Below the pieces are notes generated by a model. That model saw only the letters and a list, made by a program, of their open reading frames with translations, was not told where the DNA came from and searched no databases. Positions 40,144 to 50,697 of a DNA stretch of 64,000 nt are shown one piece after another (position 1 is the stretch's first letter; each line of letters starts with the position of its first letter). The translations under genes and the position numbers were made by a program. This stretch comes from Alphaproteobacteria bacterium (lineage in GTDB: Bacteria; Pseudomonadota; Alphaproteobacteria; MPNO01). The stretch lies in the NCBI GenBank assembly GCA_964291675.2, contig OZ219866.1, positions 3,040,001 through 3,104,000 on the forward strand. The letters are read 5' to 3'.

Positions 40144-40353
40144 TCTCGTGCCGTACGCCCCCGTTCGATGACAGTTTCGTGACACCCGATATATCGCGTA
40201 TTTCGCGCCCGGCGTCCAGAGTACCATTGCGGGTATCCACGGTCCGGCCGGCCGGCATGTTGCGGATTGCCGCGCAAGGTTGTAATCCCATGGCCGGACC
40301 GGAGGCGGGCGCCGCGTGGCGCCATGCCGGTCGGACTTGGCGGAGGGCCGCGC

Positions 40354-41007
40354 GTGGCCGACATTTTTCGCGAGATCGACGAGGAGCTGCGCCAGGAGCG
40401 GGCGGAAAAGCTCTGGCGGCGCTACGGCAAGTACGTCATCGGCGGCGCGGTCGCGGTGGTGCTGGCCATCGCCGCCTATACCGGCTGGCAGGAATACAGG
40501 ACCGACCGGCAGCTCGAAGCGGGCGCGAAGTTCGCGGTCGCCAAGGCGCTCGCCGAGGAGGGAAAGACCGGCGACGCCGAGGCGCTGTTCGTCGCGCTCG
40601 GCGCCGAATCGGGGACCACCTACGGGGTGCTCGCGCGCTTCCACGCGGCCGCGCTGCGGGCTTCCTCGGGCGATCCCGCGGGCGCGGCCGAAGCGTTCCG
40701 CGCGCTCGCCGCCGACGGCGCCCTCGACCGTCCGATGCGCGATCTCGCGACTTTGCTCGCCGCGCAGAACGCGCTCGACGCGCCCGGCGCGGACATGCAG
40801 CGCATCGCCTCCGACCTCGCCCCGCTGACCGGCCAGGACGGGGCCTGGCGCCACCTCGCTTTGGAGACCCTCGCTTTGGCCGAACTCAACACCGGCAACG
40901 GGGATCGGGCGAAGACCCATCTGCAGCGTATCGTCGACGACGCCCAGGCGCCCGCGAATGTGCGGCTGCGGGCGACGCAGATGCTCAGGATGGTCGCCGA
41001 CCGATGA
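40354..41007 (+). CDS. YfgM-like TPR membrane protein
   Basis: DIFREIDEELRQE..LW..YG plus TM segment; upstream of bamB and der. Confidence 0.8.
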   Translation: MADIFREIDEELRQERAEKLWRRYGKYVIGGAVAVVLAIAAYTGWQEYRTDRQLEAGAKFAVAKALAEEGKTGDAEALFVALGAESGTTYGVLARFHAAALRASSGDPAGAAEAFRALAADGALDRPMRDLATLLAAQNALDAPGADMQRIASDLAPLTGQDGAWRHLALETLALAELNTGNGDRAKTHLQRIVDDAQAPANVRLRATQMLRMVADR

Positions 41008-42350
41008 TCGGCCTCGCCGCGCGACCGGGAAGGATGGCGATTCGCGGCGCGATGCTGGCGGTATCGCTGCTCGCCGCCGGCTGCGAAGGAGCCTTCTTCG
41101 GCGAACCGGAAGAACCGAAGCTTGCCGGCGAGCGGCTGCCGGTTCTCGGCCTCCGGCAGGCGCTCGTCCCCCACCCGGGCATCGCCAGGCTGGAGGTGCG
41201 CCTGCCGCCGCCATCGGCCAACGCGAACTGGCCCCAGGCCGGCGGGCTGCCCAACCACGCGATGCATCACCTGGCCGCGAACGGGACGCTCGACGAGCGC
41301 TGGAGCGTCGACATCGGCCGCGGCTCCGACGACGAGGGACAGCTCCTCGCCCAGCCGGTGGTCGCCGGAGAGCGGATCTACACCCTCGACGTCGACGCCG
41401 AAGTCCGGGCTCACGATCTGGAGGACGGGTCGCTGTCGTGGACCCGCGCGCTGGACCGCGAAACCGAGGATACCGGCACCCTCGGCGGCGGGCTCGCGGT
41501 CGGCGAGGGGAGGCTTTACGTCACCACCGGCTTCGCCCAGGTGTTCGCCCTCGAGGCCGCCACCGGCGAGGAGCTGTGGCGGCGCAAGCTTTCGAGCCCG
41601 CTGCGCGCCGCCCCCACGTCCCGCGACGGAAGGGTGTTCGCGATCACGCTGTCGAACGAGCTGTTCGCGCTCGATGCCGCCACCGGGCGGGTCCTCTGGT
41701 CGCATGCCGAGATCGCCGAGCCCGCCGGGCTGGTCGGCGCGGCCGCCCCCGCCGTCGCCGGAGACATCGTCGTGGCGGCGTTCTCCTCCGGCGAGATCGT
41801 CGCCCTCAGGGCCGCCAACGGACGCGTGCTGTGGTCGGACCGGCTGACGGCGCTGCGCCGCACCGATCCGGTGTCCAGCCTCGCCCACATCCGCGGACTG
41901 CCGGTGATCGATCGCGGCCTGGTCGTCGCGGTCAGCAATAGCGGGCGGACGATGGCGATCGACCTGCGCACCGGCAGCAGGGTGTGGGAGCAGCAGATCG
42001 GCGGCACCCACACGCCCTGGGTCGCCGGCGATTTCGTCTACCTGGTCTCCGGCGACAGCCACGTCGTGTGCCTCTCGCGCCGCGACGGAAGGGTGCGGTG
42101 GGTCCGCACGCTGCCCCAGTTCGAGGACCAGGAAGACCGCACCGGCCCGATCTACTGGGCGGGTCCGGTGCTGGTCGGCGACCGGCTCCTGATCGCCGCC
42201 AGCACGGGCGAAGTCTGGTCGGTCTCGCCCTATACCGGCGAGCCGCTGGGCCGCATCGAGGCGCCCGATTCGATATTCGTGGCGCCAGCGATCGCCCGCG
42301 AGACCGTGTTCCTGCTCACCGAAGGCGCGGATCTGATCGCGCTCAAGTGA
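41004..42350 (+). CDS. bamB: BamB-like PQQ-type beta-propeller lipoprotein
   Basis: Lipobox LAAGC, repeated AL.A.TG..LW; synteny. Confidence 0.75.
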   Translation: MIGLAARPGRMAIRGAMLAVSLLAAGCEGAFFGEPEEPKLAGERLPVLGLRQALVPHPGIARLEVRLPPPSANANWPQAGGLPNHAMHHLAANGTLDERWSVDIGRGSDDEGQLLAQPVVAGERIYTLDVDAEVRAHDLEDGSLSWTRALDRETEDTGTLGGGLAVGEGRLYVTTGFAQVFALEAATGEELWRRKLSSPLRAAPTSRDGRVFAITLSNELFALDAATGRVLWSHAEIAEPAGLVGAAAPAVAGDIVVAAFSSGEIVALRAANGRVLWSDRLTALRRTDPVSSLAHIRGLPVIDRGLVVAVSNSGRTMAIDLRTGSRVWEQQIGGTHTPWVAGDFVYLVSGDSHVVCLSRRDGRVRWVRTLPQFEDQEDRTGPIYWAGPVLVGDRLLIAASTGEVWSVSPYTGEPLGRIEAPDSIFVAPAIARETVFLLTEGADLIALK

Positions 42351-43687
42351 TGCCCCTCACCGTGGCCATCGTCGGGCGGCCCAATGTCGGCAAGTCGACC
42401 CTGTTCAACCGCCTGGTCGGCCGGCGCCAGGCGCTGGTCCACCCGACCCCCGGGGTGACCCGCGACCGGCGCGAAGGCGAGGCCGCGCTGCTCGGCCTGT
42501 CCTTCAGGGCGATCGACACCGCCGGGCTGGAGGACGAGGCGGGCGAGACGCTGGCCGGGCGCATGCAGGCGCAGACCGGGCTGGCGATCGACGAGGCCGA
42601 CCTGCTGCTCATGCTGGTCGATGCGCGCGCCGGGGTGACGCCGCTCGATGCGCATTTCGCCGACGCGCTCAGGCGCTCGGCCAAGCCGGTGGTGCTCGCC
42701 GCCAACAAGTGCGAGGGCGGCGCCGGCGCGGCCGGGCTGATCGAGGCCTGGCGGCTCGGCCTCGGCGAGCCGGTGCCGATCTCGGCCGAGCACGGGGAGG
42801 GGCTTTCCGCCCTGTTCGACGCGCTGGCGCCGCATGCCGGCGCGCGGCACGGGGACGAGGCGGGCGCTGCGGAAACCGGGGAGGGCGCGCTCAACCTCGC
42901 CATCGTCGGGCGGCCCAATGTCGGCAAGTCCACGCTGGTCAACCGGCTGCTGGGCGAGGAGCGGGTGCTGACCGGTCCCGAGCCCGGGGTGACCCGCGAC
43001 GCCGTCTGGGTGGCGTGGTCCTGGCGCGGCCGCGGGATCCGGCTGATCGACACCGCCGGGCTGCGCCGCAAGGCGCGGGTCACCGAACGGCTGGAGCGGC
43101 TGACCGCGGCCGACACCAGAAACGCGATCCGCTTCGCCCATGTCGCGGTGCTGCTGGTCGACGGGGTCGAGGGCCTGGAGAAGTCCGACCTGACGATCGC
43201 CCGGCAGATCGCCGAAGAGGGCCGCGCGATGGTGCTGGCGGTGAACAAGTGGGACGCGGTCGCCGACCGAGACGCGCGCATCGGCGAGATCCGCGACCGC
43301 CTCGAACGTTCGCTGCCCCAGATCCGCGGCATCCCGGTGCGCACGCTCTCGGCCCTCACCGGGCGCGGCGTCGCGCGGCTGCTGCCGACGGTGTTCGAGA
43401 TCTACGAGATCTGGAACGGCCGGGTCGATACCGGGCCGCTGAACCGCTGGCTCGCCGGGACCGTCGACCGCCACCCGCCGCCGATCGTCGACGGGCGCAG
43501 GCTGAGGCTGCGCTACATGACCCAGATCAAGACCCGTCCGCCGACCTTCGCGCTGTTCGCCTCGCGCCCCGCTTCGGTGCCGGAGTCCTATCTCCGCTAC
43601 CTGACCAACGGGCTCAGGGAGGATTTCGGGCTGACCGGCGTGCCGATCCGCATCGCCCTGCGCAAGGGCAGGAATCCCTATGTCTGA
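42350..43687 (+). CDS. der: Ribosome biogenesis GTPase Der
   Basis: Two [14 protein letters not shown] GTPase domains. Confidence 0.95.
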   Translation: MPLTVAIVGRPNVGKSTLFNRLVGRRQALVHPTPGVTRDRREGEAALLGLSFRAIDTAGLEDEAGETLAGRMQAQTGLAIDEADLLLMLVDARAGVTPLDAHFADALRRSAKPVVLAANKCEGGAGAAGLIEAWRLGLGEPVPISAEHGEGLSALFDALAPHAGARHGDEAGAAETGEGALNLAIVGRPNVGKSTLVNRLLGEERVLTGPEPGVTRDAVWVAWSWRGRGIRLIDTAGLRRKARVTERLERLTAADTRNAIRFAHVAVLLVDGVEGLEKSDLTIARQIAEEGRAMVLAVNKWDAVADRDARIGEIRDRLERSLPQIRGIPVRTLSALTGRGVARLLPTVFEIYEIWNGRVDTGPLNRWLAGTVDRHPPPIVDGRRLRLRYMTQIKTRPPTFALFASRPASVPESYLRYLTNGLREDFGLTGVPIRIALRKGRNPYV

Positions 43688-44469
43688 CCCGGATTTCCCG
43701 CCGCGGGGTCAGTAGCACCGCACCACCTCGCATGCGCGCGGTGGGGCCGCATGGGTGGCCGGATCAAGTCCGGCCCGTGGCGGCCGCAATCGGCGGCGGC
43801 CAGGTCGACGAAGACGTCGCCCAGCGCGTCGGGCGGCTTGAGGCTCGCCGGGTCTTCGCCCGGAAACGCCTGGGCGCGCATCCCGGTTCGCGTGCCGCCG
43901 GGGTCCACGACATTGACGCGGAGCCGGGTCCTGGCGGTCTCCGCCGCCCAGGCGAGGGCCATCGTCTCCAGCCCCGCCTTGGAGACCGCATAGCTGCCCC
44001 AATAGGGCAGCGCGAGACGGCCCGCGCCGCTGCCGACGAAGATGGCGCGGCCCGCCTCGACCGCGCGCAGCACCGGATCGAGGGCGCGGATCAGGCGGAA
44101 ATTGGCGCCGAGATTGACCGCCAGCACCCGGTCCCACTCGCGCGGGTCGATCTGGTGCATCGGCGCCAGCGTGCCGAGCTGCGCGGCGTTGGCCACCAGG
44201 ATGTCGAGCCGCCCGAAACGCTCGGCGATCGCGGCCGCCAGCCTGTCGGCGGCGCTCGCCTCGGCGAGGTCGACCTCCACCAGCGTGGCCGACCTCGTGC
44301 CGCCCGAGGCGGCCCTGATCGCGTCGTCGACCTCCTCCAGCCCGCCCACGCTGCGCGCCGCCAGCACCGGAAGCGCGCCTTCGCTCGCGAAACGCCGGGC
44401 GATCGCCGCGCCGATGCCGCGCGAGGCGCCGGTGATCAGCGCGACCCGCCCGTCGAGCCTCGCCGCCAC
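43678..44469 (-). CDS. SDR family oxidoreductase
   Basis: [13 protein letters not shown]. Confidence 0.85.
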   Translation of the reverse strand: MAARLDGRVALITGASRGIGAAIARRFASEGALPVLAARSVGGLEEVDDAIRAASGGTRSATLVEVDLAEASAADRLAAAIAERFGRLDILVANAAQLGTLAPMHQIDPREWDRVLAVNLGANFRLIRALDPVLRAVEAGRAIFVGSGAGRLALPYWGSYAVSKAGLETMALAWAAETARTRLRVNVVDPGGTRTGMRAQAFPGEDPASLKPPDALGDVFVDLAAADCGRHGPDLIRPPMRPHRAHARWCGATDPAAGNPGQT

Positions 44470-45930
44470 TCAGCGGGTCTCCGCGAGCAGCGAGAGCTGG
44501 GTGTCGGTGTCGCCTTCGCTGCGGTCGACCAGCGGGATCGGGTAGCGGCCGGAAAAACAGGCGTCGCAGAACCGGGGCGCGCCCGCGTCGCGGCCCTCTT
44601 CGCCGAGCGCCCGGTAGAGCCCGTCGAGCGAGAGATAGGCGAGGCTGTCGACGCCGATCACCCGCATCATCTCCTCCACGCCGTGGCGCGCCGCCAGCAG
44701 CTCGCCGCGTTCCGGCGTGTCGACGCCGTAGAAGCAGGAATGCGTGGTCGGCGGCGAGGCGATGCGCATATGGACCTCGGACGCGCCGGCATTGCGCACC
44801 ATCTCGACGATCTTGGTCGACGTGGTGCCGCGGACGATGCTGTCGTCGACCAGGATCACCCGCTTGCCGCGGATCAGGTTGCGGTTGGCGTTGTGCTTGA
44901 GCTTGACGCCGAGATGGCGGATGCGGTCGGTCGGCTCGATGAAGGTGCGTCCGACATAGTGATTGCGGATGATGCCGATCTCGTAGGGGATGCCGGCCTC
45001 CCGCGCGTAGCCCAGCGCGGCCGGCACGCCGGAATCGGGGATCGGAACCACCACATCGGCCGCGGCCGGCTGCTCGCGCGCGAGCTGTTCGCCGATGCGG
45101 CAGCGCGCCTCGTAGACATTGACCGACTCCACGCTCGAATCGGGGCGCGCGAAGTAGATGTATTCGAAGACGCAGAAGCGCTTCGGCCGGGGCGGGAAGG
45201 GCGCGAGGCTCCGCACCCCTTCGGCGCCGATCAGCACGATCTCGCCCGGCTCCACGTCGCGCACGTATTCGGCGCCGATGATGTCGAGCGCGCAGGTCTC
45301 CGAGGCGAGTATCCAGCCGTCGCCGATACGCCCCAGCACCAGCGGCCTGACCCCCAGCGGATCGCGCACGCCGATCATCGCGGTGTTGGTCATCGCCACC
45401 AGGGAATAGGCGCCGACGACCTGTTCCAGCGCGTCGACCAGCCGTTCCTCCACCGAGTCCTTGGCCGAGGTGGCGATCAGGTGGACGATGACCTCGGTGT
45501 CCGTGGTCGAGTGGAACAGGCATCCGCGCTCGACCAGGGCGCGGCGGATGCGCCTGGCGTTGGTCAGGTTGCCGTTATGGCCGATCGCGAACCCGCCCGA
45601 GGCGAAATCGGCGAAGAGAGGCTGGACGTTGCGCAGCACCGCATCGCCGGTGGTCGAGTACCGGTTGTGACCGATCGCACGGTCCCCGGGCAGGCTGCGG
45701 ATCACCGCCTCGTCGCTGAAATTCTCGCCCACCTCGCCCAGCGCGTGGTGGCTGTGAAAGCGCTCGCCGTCGAACGAGACGATCCCCGCCGCTTCCTGCC
45801 CGCGATGCTGCAGCGCGTGCAGGCCGAGCACGGTCAGCGCCGCGGCATCGGCGTGGTCCCACACGCCGAACACGCCGCATTCCTCGCGCGGCTTGTCGCT
45901 GTCCCGGCCGGGGGCTTCGCTCGTCCGCAT
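44470..45930 (-). CDS. purF: Amidophosphoribosyltransferase
   Basis: EECGVFG, LQHRGQE, VDDSIVRGTT. Confidence 0.95.
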   Translation of the reverse strand: MRTSEAPGRDSDKPREECGVFGVWDHADAAALTVLGLHALQHRGQEAAGIVSFDGERFHSHHALGEVGENFSDEAVIRSLPGDRAIGHNRYSTTGDAVLRNVQPLFADFASGGFAIGHNGNLTNARRIRRALVERGCLFHSTTDTEVIVHLIATSAKDSVEERLVDALEQVVGAYSLVAMTNTAMIGVRDPLGVRPLVLGRIGDGWILASETCALDIIGAEYVRDVEPGEIVLIGAEGVRSLAPFPPRPKRFCVFEYIYFARPDSSVESVNVYEARCRIGEQLAREQPAAADVVVPIPDSGVPAALGYAREAGIPYEIGIIRNHYVGRTFIEPTDRIRHLGVKLKHNANRNLIRGKRVILVDDSIVRGTTSTKIVEMVRNAGASEVHMRIASPPTTHSCFYGVDTPERGELLAARHGVEEMMRVIGVDSLAYLSLDGLYRALGEEGRDAGAPRFCDACFSGRYPIPLVDRSEGDTDTQLSLLAETR

Positions 45931-45935
45931 TTCGC

Positions 45936-46589
45936 TCACTGGTTGGCGTTGAACAGGCGATCCATCTCGCGCCGCTCGTCCTTGCTGTACCCCGACTTGT
46001 CCTTCGTCGCCGGGTCTTCCGGAACCGGCGTCATCAGCCTCTCCGCCTCGGCGCCGGGATCCGGCGGCGGCGCGGCGGCGCTGTCCGCCACACCTGCCGG
46101 GCGCCATTCCGGCGGCAGCAGCGAGACCATGAAGCGCGCCGAGAAGGCGAGCAACGGGGCGGTCCGGGAGTCGCGCAGCCATTCCGGCCGCTCGCTCCCC
46201 TGATGCGGAGGGACGAGCAGACGCTCGACCACCAGATAGCTCCCGGACGCCACCACGATCCCGAGCGCCAGCCCGACCAGGAGGCCGAGCGAACGGTCGA
46301 CCGCGCCGAGGGCGCTGCCCCGGATCCGCTCGGCGATCAGATGGGTCAGGACGGTCAATGCGATCAGCCCCGCCGCGAAGACGGCGGCGCCCGCCGCAAG
46401 ATCGGCGAGGAAGGGGCTTTCGATCCAGCCCCGCGCGGTGGGGCGCAGCAGCGGCATGCCGTACACGGTGAGCAGCGCCGCCCCGATCCAGCTACCGATG
46501 CCGAGCAGGACGCGGACCACGCCGAGCCACAGCCCGAGCAGCCCGGCGATGACCAGGGTGGCGATGACCGCGAGGTCGAGCGGCGACAC
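45936..46589 (-). CDS. cvpA: CvpA family protein
   Basis: Multiple TM segments, DRSLG; upstream of purF. Confidence 0.85.
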   Translation of the reverse strand: MSPLDLAVIATLVIAGLLGLWLGVVRVLLGIGSWIGAALLTVYGMPLLRPTARGWIESPFLADLAAGAAVFAAGLIALTVLTHLIAERIRGSALGAVDRSLGLLVGLALGIVVASGSYLVVERLLVPPHQGSERPEWLRDSRTAPLLAFSARFMVSLLPPEWRPAGVADSAAAPPPDPGAEAERLMTPVPEDPATKDKSGYSKDERREMDRLFNANQ

Positions 46590-46590
46590 G

Positions 46591-47988
46591 CTAGACGCCT
46601 CCGGCTTGCGGCCAGGGCGCGGCGCGCGGCGGGCCGAACATCGCGACGAGATCGCTCAGATGGCCGATTTCGGTGACCTCGATGCCGGCCTGCGGGATCG
46701 CCTCTCCGCCGCCCCGCGCCGGCGCGATGGCGCGGGCGAATCCGAGCTTCGCGGCCTCGCGCAGCCGGAGCGCCGGCCGGGCGATGCCGCGCACCTCGCC
46801 GCCGAGGCCGATCTCGCCGAACATGACCGCGTCCGAAGGCGCCGCCCGGTCCGAGGCGGCCGACAGCACCGCGCCGGCGACGGCGAGATCGGCGGCGGGT
46901 TCGGCGATCCGCATCCCGCCGGCGACGTTGAGATAGACATCGCGCCCGGCGAGCCCGATGCCGCAGCGCGCCTCGATCACGGCGAGCACCATCGCCAGCC
47001 TCGCCGAATCCCAGCCCACCACGGCGCGCCGCGGCGTGGCCAGCGGCGAGGGCGCCACCAGCGCCTGGATCTCCACCAGCACCGGGCGGGTTCCCTCCAT
47101 GCCGGCGAAGACCGCCGCGCCGGGCACGTCGCTGCGGCGCTCGGCGAGGAACAGCGCCGAGGGGTTGGAGACCTCGATCAGGCCACGCCCGGTCATCTCG
47201 AACACGCCGATCTCGTCGGTCGGCCCGAAACGGTTCTTGAGCGCGCGCAGCACGCGGAATTCGTGGCCGCTCCGGCCTTCGAAATAGAATACCCCATCGA
47301 CCATGTGTTCGAGCACGCGCGGACCGGCGATGGACCCGTCCTTGGTCACATGTCCGACCAGCAGCAGACAGAAACCGCGACGCTTGGCGAGATGGATCAA
47401 CTCCTGTGCGCTGGCGCGAACCTGGGCGACCGTACCGGGCGCGGATTCCAACGTGTCGACATACATCGTCTGGATCGAATCGACCACCACCGCCCGCGGC
47501 GCCTCGCCGCCATCGAGCGTCGCGGCGATGTCGCGGACGCCGGTCGCCGTCGCCAGCCGCACCGGGGAGTCGGCGAGGCCGAGCCGCCGGGCGCGCAGGC
47601 GGATCTGGTCGACCGCTTCCTCGCCCGAGATATAGGCCACCGGCACCGCGCCGGCCAGCGCGCCCGCCACCTGCAGCAGCATGGTCGACTTGCCGATACC
47701 CGGGTCTCCGCCCACCAGCAGCGCCGAGCCGGCGACCAGCCCGCCCCCGGTCACCCGGTCGAACTCAGCGATTCCGCTGGCCAGCCGGGGCGCGTCGGCC
47801 TCGCTTCCGGCGAGCGGAACGAACTCGATCGCGGCGCCCTGTCCGGCGCCCGGCCCGCGCGGCGCCGCGGGGCGGGGCCGCTCCTCGACGATCGCGTTCC
47901 ATTCGCCGCAGGAATCGCATCTGCCGCTCCACTTGGCGAAGGCGGCGCCGCATTCCTGGCAGACATACCGGCTGGCCTGACGGGCCAT
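46591..47988 (-). CDS. radA: DNA repair protein RadA
   Basis: C4 zinc finger, GDPGIGKST, KNRFG. Confidence 0.95.
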   Translation of the reverse strand: MARQASRYVCQECGAAFAKWSGRCDSCGEWNAIVEERPRPAAPRGPGAGQGAAIEFVPLAGSEADAPRLASGIAEFDRVTGGGLVAGSALLVGGDPGIGKSTMLLQVAGALAGAVPVAYISGEEAVDQIRLRARRLGLADSPVRLATATGVRDIAATLDGGEAPRAVVVDSIQTMYVDTLESAPGTVAQVRASAQELIHLAKRRGFCLLLVGHVTKDGSIAGPRVLEHMVDGVFYFEGRSGHEFRVLRALKNRFGPTDEIGVFEMTGRGLIEVSNPSALFLAERRSDVPGAAVFAGMEGTRPVLVEIQALVAPSPLATPRRAVVGWDSARLAMVLAVIEARCGIGLAGRDVYLNVAGGMRIAEPAADLAVAGAVLSAASDRAAPSDAVMFGEIGLGGEVRGIARPALRLREAAKLGFARAIAPARGGGEAIPQAGIEVTEIGHLSDLVAMFGPPRAAPWPQAGGV

Positions 47989-48021
47989 TCTCGACGTCTC
48001 CCGCGACCGTTGCCGGGCGGT

Positions 48022-48825
48022 TCAGGCCGCGTGGGCGGCCGTGCGGATGGGACCTTCCGTACGGCCGTGGATGAACTGGTCTACCGCCGGATCGCCGCTG
48101 TCGTCGACCGCGTCGGCCGGACCCGCCCAGATGATCCTGCCGGCGTGGATCATCGCGATCCGGTCGGCGATCCGGCGCGCGCTCGCCATGTCGTGGGTGA
48201 TGGTGAGCGCGGTCGCGCCGAGCCCGCGCACGCATTCCACGATCAGCTCGTTGATCGCATCGCCCACGATCGGGTCGAGCCCGGTGGTGGGCTCGTCGAA
48301 GAACAGGATCTCGGGCTCGACGGCGATGGCGCGGGCGAGAGCGACGCGCTTCTGCATGCCGCTCGACAGCTCGGACGGGTAGCGGTCGGCCTGGCCGCCG
48401 CCGAGACCGACATGGGCGAGCTTCCCGATGGCCGCCTCGCGCGCCGCGCCGCGTTCCATGCCGCGGCTGTGGATCAGCCCGAAGGCGACGTTCTCCCAGA
48501 CCGGCATGGAGTCGAACAGGGCCGCGCCCTGGAACAGCACGCCGAACCTCGCGAGCACCGCGTTCCGCGCCCCGCCGCAGAGCCCCACCGTCTCCGCGCC
48601 GTCTATCGCGATGCTGCCCGAATCCGGCCGCATCAGGCCGATGATGTTCTTGACCAGAACCGACTTGCCGGTTCCCGACCCGCCGATCACCGCCAGGGAT
48701 TCGCCGCGCATGATGTCGAGATCGAGCCCGTCGAGCACCCGGTTGGCGCCGAAGGACTTGCACAACCCCCGCACCCGGATCGTCGGGCGTTCGCCGGCCG
48801 CCGCCGTCCCGTGTCCGGACATCAC
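48022..48825 (-). CDS. mlaF: ABC ATPase, MlaF-like
   Basis: GGSGTGKS, DEPTTGLDP; next to mlaE. Confidence 0.85.
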   Translation of the reverse strand: MMSGHGTAAAGERPTIRVRGLCKSFGANRVLDGLDLDIMRGESLAVIGGSGTGKSVLVKNIIGLMRPDSGSIAIDGAETVGLCGGARNAVLARFGVLFQGAALFDSMPVWENVAFGLIHSRGMERGAAREAAIGKLAHVGLGGGQADRYPSELSSGMQKRVALARAIAVEPEILFFDEPTTGLDPIVGDAINELIVECVRGLGATALTITHDMASARRIADRIAMIHAGRIIWAGPADAVDDSGDPAVDQFIHGRTEGPIRTAAHAA

Positions 48826-49592
48826 GCGAAGAACGCTTCTGTGATCAGGTAGTTGGAGGCGAGGATGAGCACCGACGCCGAGACCACCGCGTTGGTCGTC
48901 GCCGCGCCGACGCCCTGCGCCCCGCCGCGCGAATAGTAGCCGTGGTAGCAGCCCATCAGGGCGATCAGGAAGCCGAACACGGCCGCCTTGACCAGCCCGG
49001 AGACGATGTCGATGACCTCGAGGTACTGAAACGTGCTCTTGAGGTAGACCGTCGTGTTGAAGCCGAGCTTGTTGACCGCCAGCAGATAGCCGCCGAAGAC
49101 GCCGATCGCGTCGGCGGCCAGCACGCAGAGCGGCAGGGTGAGCGTGCCGGCGATCAGCCGCGGCGCGACGAGGTACTTGAAGGGGTCGGTCGCAAGAGCG
49201 GTGAGGGCGTCGATCTGCTCGGTCACGCGCATGGTGCCGATCTCGGCCGCCATCGCCGCGCCGATGCGCCCGGCCACCATCAGCCCGGCGAGCACCGGGG
49301 CGAGCTCGCGGGTGATCGACAGCGCCACGATGGCGGCCACCGCGCTCTCGGCGTTGAACCGCGAGAACCCGGCATAGCTCTGCAACGCCAGCACCATCCC
49401 GGTGAACAGGGCCGTCAGCCCCACCACCGGCAGCGAGTAGTAGCCGACCTCGATCATCTGGCGGCCGATCAGGCGGAAATGGAACGGCGGACGGACGCAG
49501 TGCATGGCCCCGGTGCCGGCGAACAGGGTGAGCCGGCCGGCGGCGGCGAGGAAGTTGAGCGTCGCGCGCCCGACCGAGGCGACGGCGTTCAC
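48822..49592 (-). CDS. mlaE: ABC permease MlaE
   Basis: RELAPVL, AEIGTMRVTEQIDAL. Confidence 0.9.
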   Translation of the reverse strand: MNAVASVGRATLNFLAAAGRLTLFAGTGAMHCVRPPFHFRLIGRQMIEVGYYSLPVVGLTALFTGMVLALQSYAGFSRFNAESAVAAIVALSITRELAPVLAGLMVAGRIGAAMAAEIGTMRVTEQIDALTALATDPFKYLVAPRLIAGTLTLPLCVLAADAIGVFGGYLLAVNKLGFNTTVYLKSTFQYLEVIDIVSGLVKAAVFGFLIALMGCYHGYYSRGGAQGVGAATTNAVVSASVLILASNYLITEAFFA

Positions 49593-50671
49593 CCGCCCGC
49601 CCCGCCGCGATGGATCCGGCGCACCCGGCTGCCGATGCGGGCGAGAATCTCGTAGCCGATCGTGCCTGCCTCGGCCGCCAGCGCGTCGGCGTCGTGCGCG
49701 TCGTCGATCAGGTCGACGACGCAGCCCGGGCGGACCAGGCCGGGCTCAATCCCGGTTACGTCGAGTGTCGCGAGGTCCATCGATACCCGTCCGACGAGGG
49801 GCACCGGCGTGCCGCCGATGCGCCCGCTGCCGCGGTCTCCGAGGGCGCGTGGCAGCCCGTCGGCGTAGCCCATCGCGATGGTGGCGAGCGTCGATCCGGC
49901 GGCGATCAGGCGGTCGGCACCGTATCCAACGGGTGTTTCGCTGTCAACGATCCGCGCCTGGAGGATACGGGCCTGAAGCCGGACCGCCCGCTTCATCGGG
50001 TTGGGCCGGCCGGATACCACCGACAGCCCGTAGAGGGCGGCGCCCGGGCGCAGCAGGTCGTAGTGAAACCCCGGTCCGAGAAAGATCCCGGCCGAGTTGG
50101 CGAAGGAAGCGGGCGCGGCGGGGAGGCGCGCCCGCATCGCGTCGAACGCCGCCTTCTGGGCCGCGTTCAGGGGGTGGTGCGGCGTATCGGCGCAGGCGAG
50201 ATGGCTCATCACGAGGGCGAGCTCGATCCCGGCCAGCCGGTCGGGCTCGGCCGCGAGCGTCGCCGCTTCGGCCTCGCCGAGACCGAGCCGGGTCATGCCG
50301 GTATCCAGCATCAGCGCCGCCCGCCGCCCGCCCTGCGCCTGGGCGTGGCGCGACCACAGCGCCAGCGCGTCCAGGGTGCCGAGGACCGGGGTGAGAAGAT
50401 GGCCGTCGTAGCGCGCCGCATCGCCTTCGACATCGCCGTCGAAGACCAGGATCTCGGCCGGCGCCGCTTCCAGCGCCCGGCGCAGCGCGGCGCCCTCCGC
50501 CGGGGTGGCGACGAAGAACGTCCGGCACCCCGCGCGGCTCAGCGCCCGGCCGACCGCCGCCGCGCCGAGCCCGTAGGCATCGGCCTTCACCACCGCCCCG
50601 CATACCGCGCCCGGCGCGCGGCGGGCGAGCGCGCGCCAGTTTTCCGCGACCGCCGCGAGGTCGACGGTCAT
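49589..50671 (-). CDS. alr: Alanine racemase (start may extend to a CTG at 50701)
   Basis: VVKADAYG, DTGM.RLG, GYADG, GRVSMD. Confidence 0.93.
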   Translation of the reverse strand: MTVDLAAVAENWRALARRAPGAVCGAVVKADAYGLGAAAVGRALSRAGCRTFFVATPAEGAALRRALEAAPAEILVFDGDVEGDAARYDGHLLTPVLGTLDALALWSRHAQAQGGRRAALMLDTGMTRLGLGEAEAATLAAEPDRLAGIELALVMSHLACADTPHHPLNAAQKAAFDAMRARLPAAPASFANSAGIFLGPGFHYDLLRPGAALYGLSVVSGRPNPMKRAVRLQARILQARIVDSETPVGYGADRLIAAGSTLATIAMGYADGLPRALGDRGSGRIGGTPVPLVGRVSMDLATLDVTGIEPGLVRPGCVVDLIDDAHDADALAAEAGTIGYEILARIGSRVRRIHRGGAGG

Positions 50672-50697
50672 CCACGCGCGGTCGCTGCGCCCGGCGC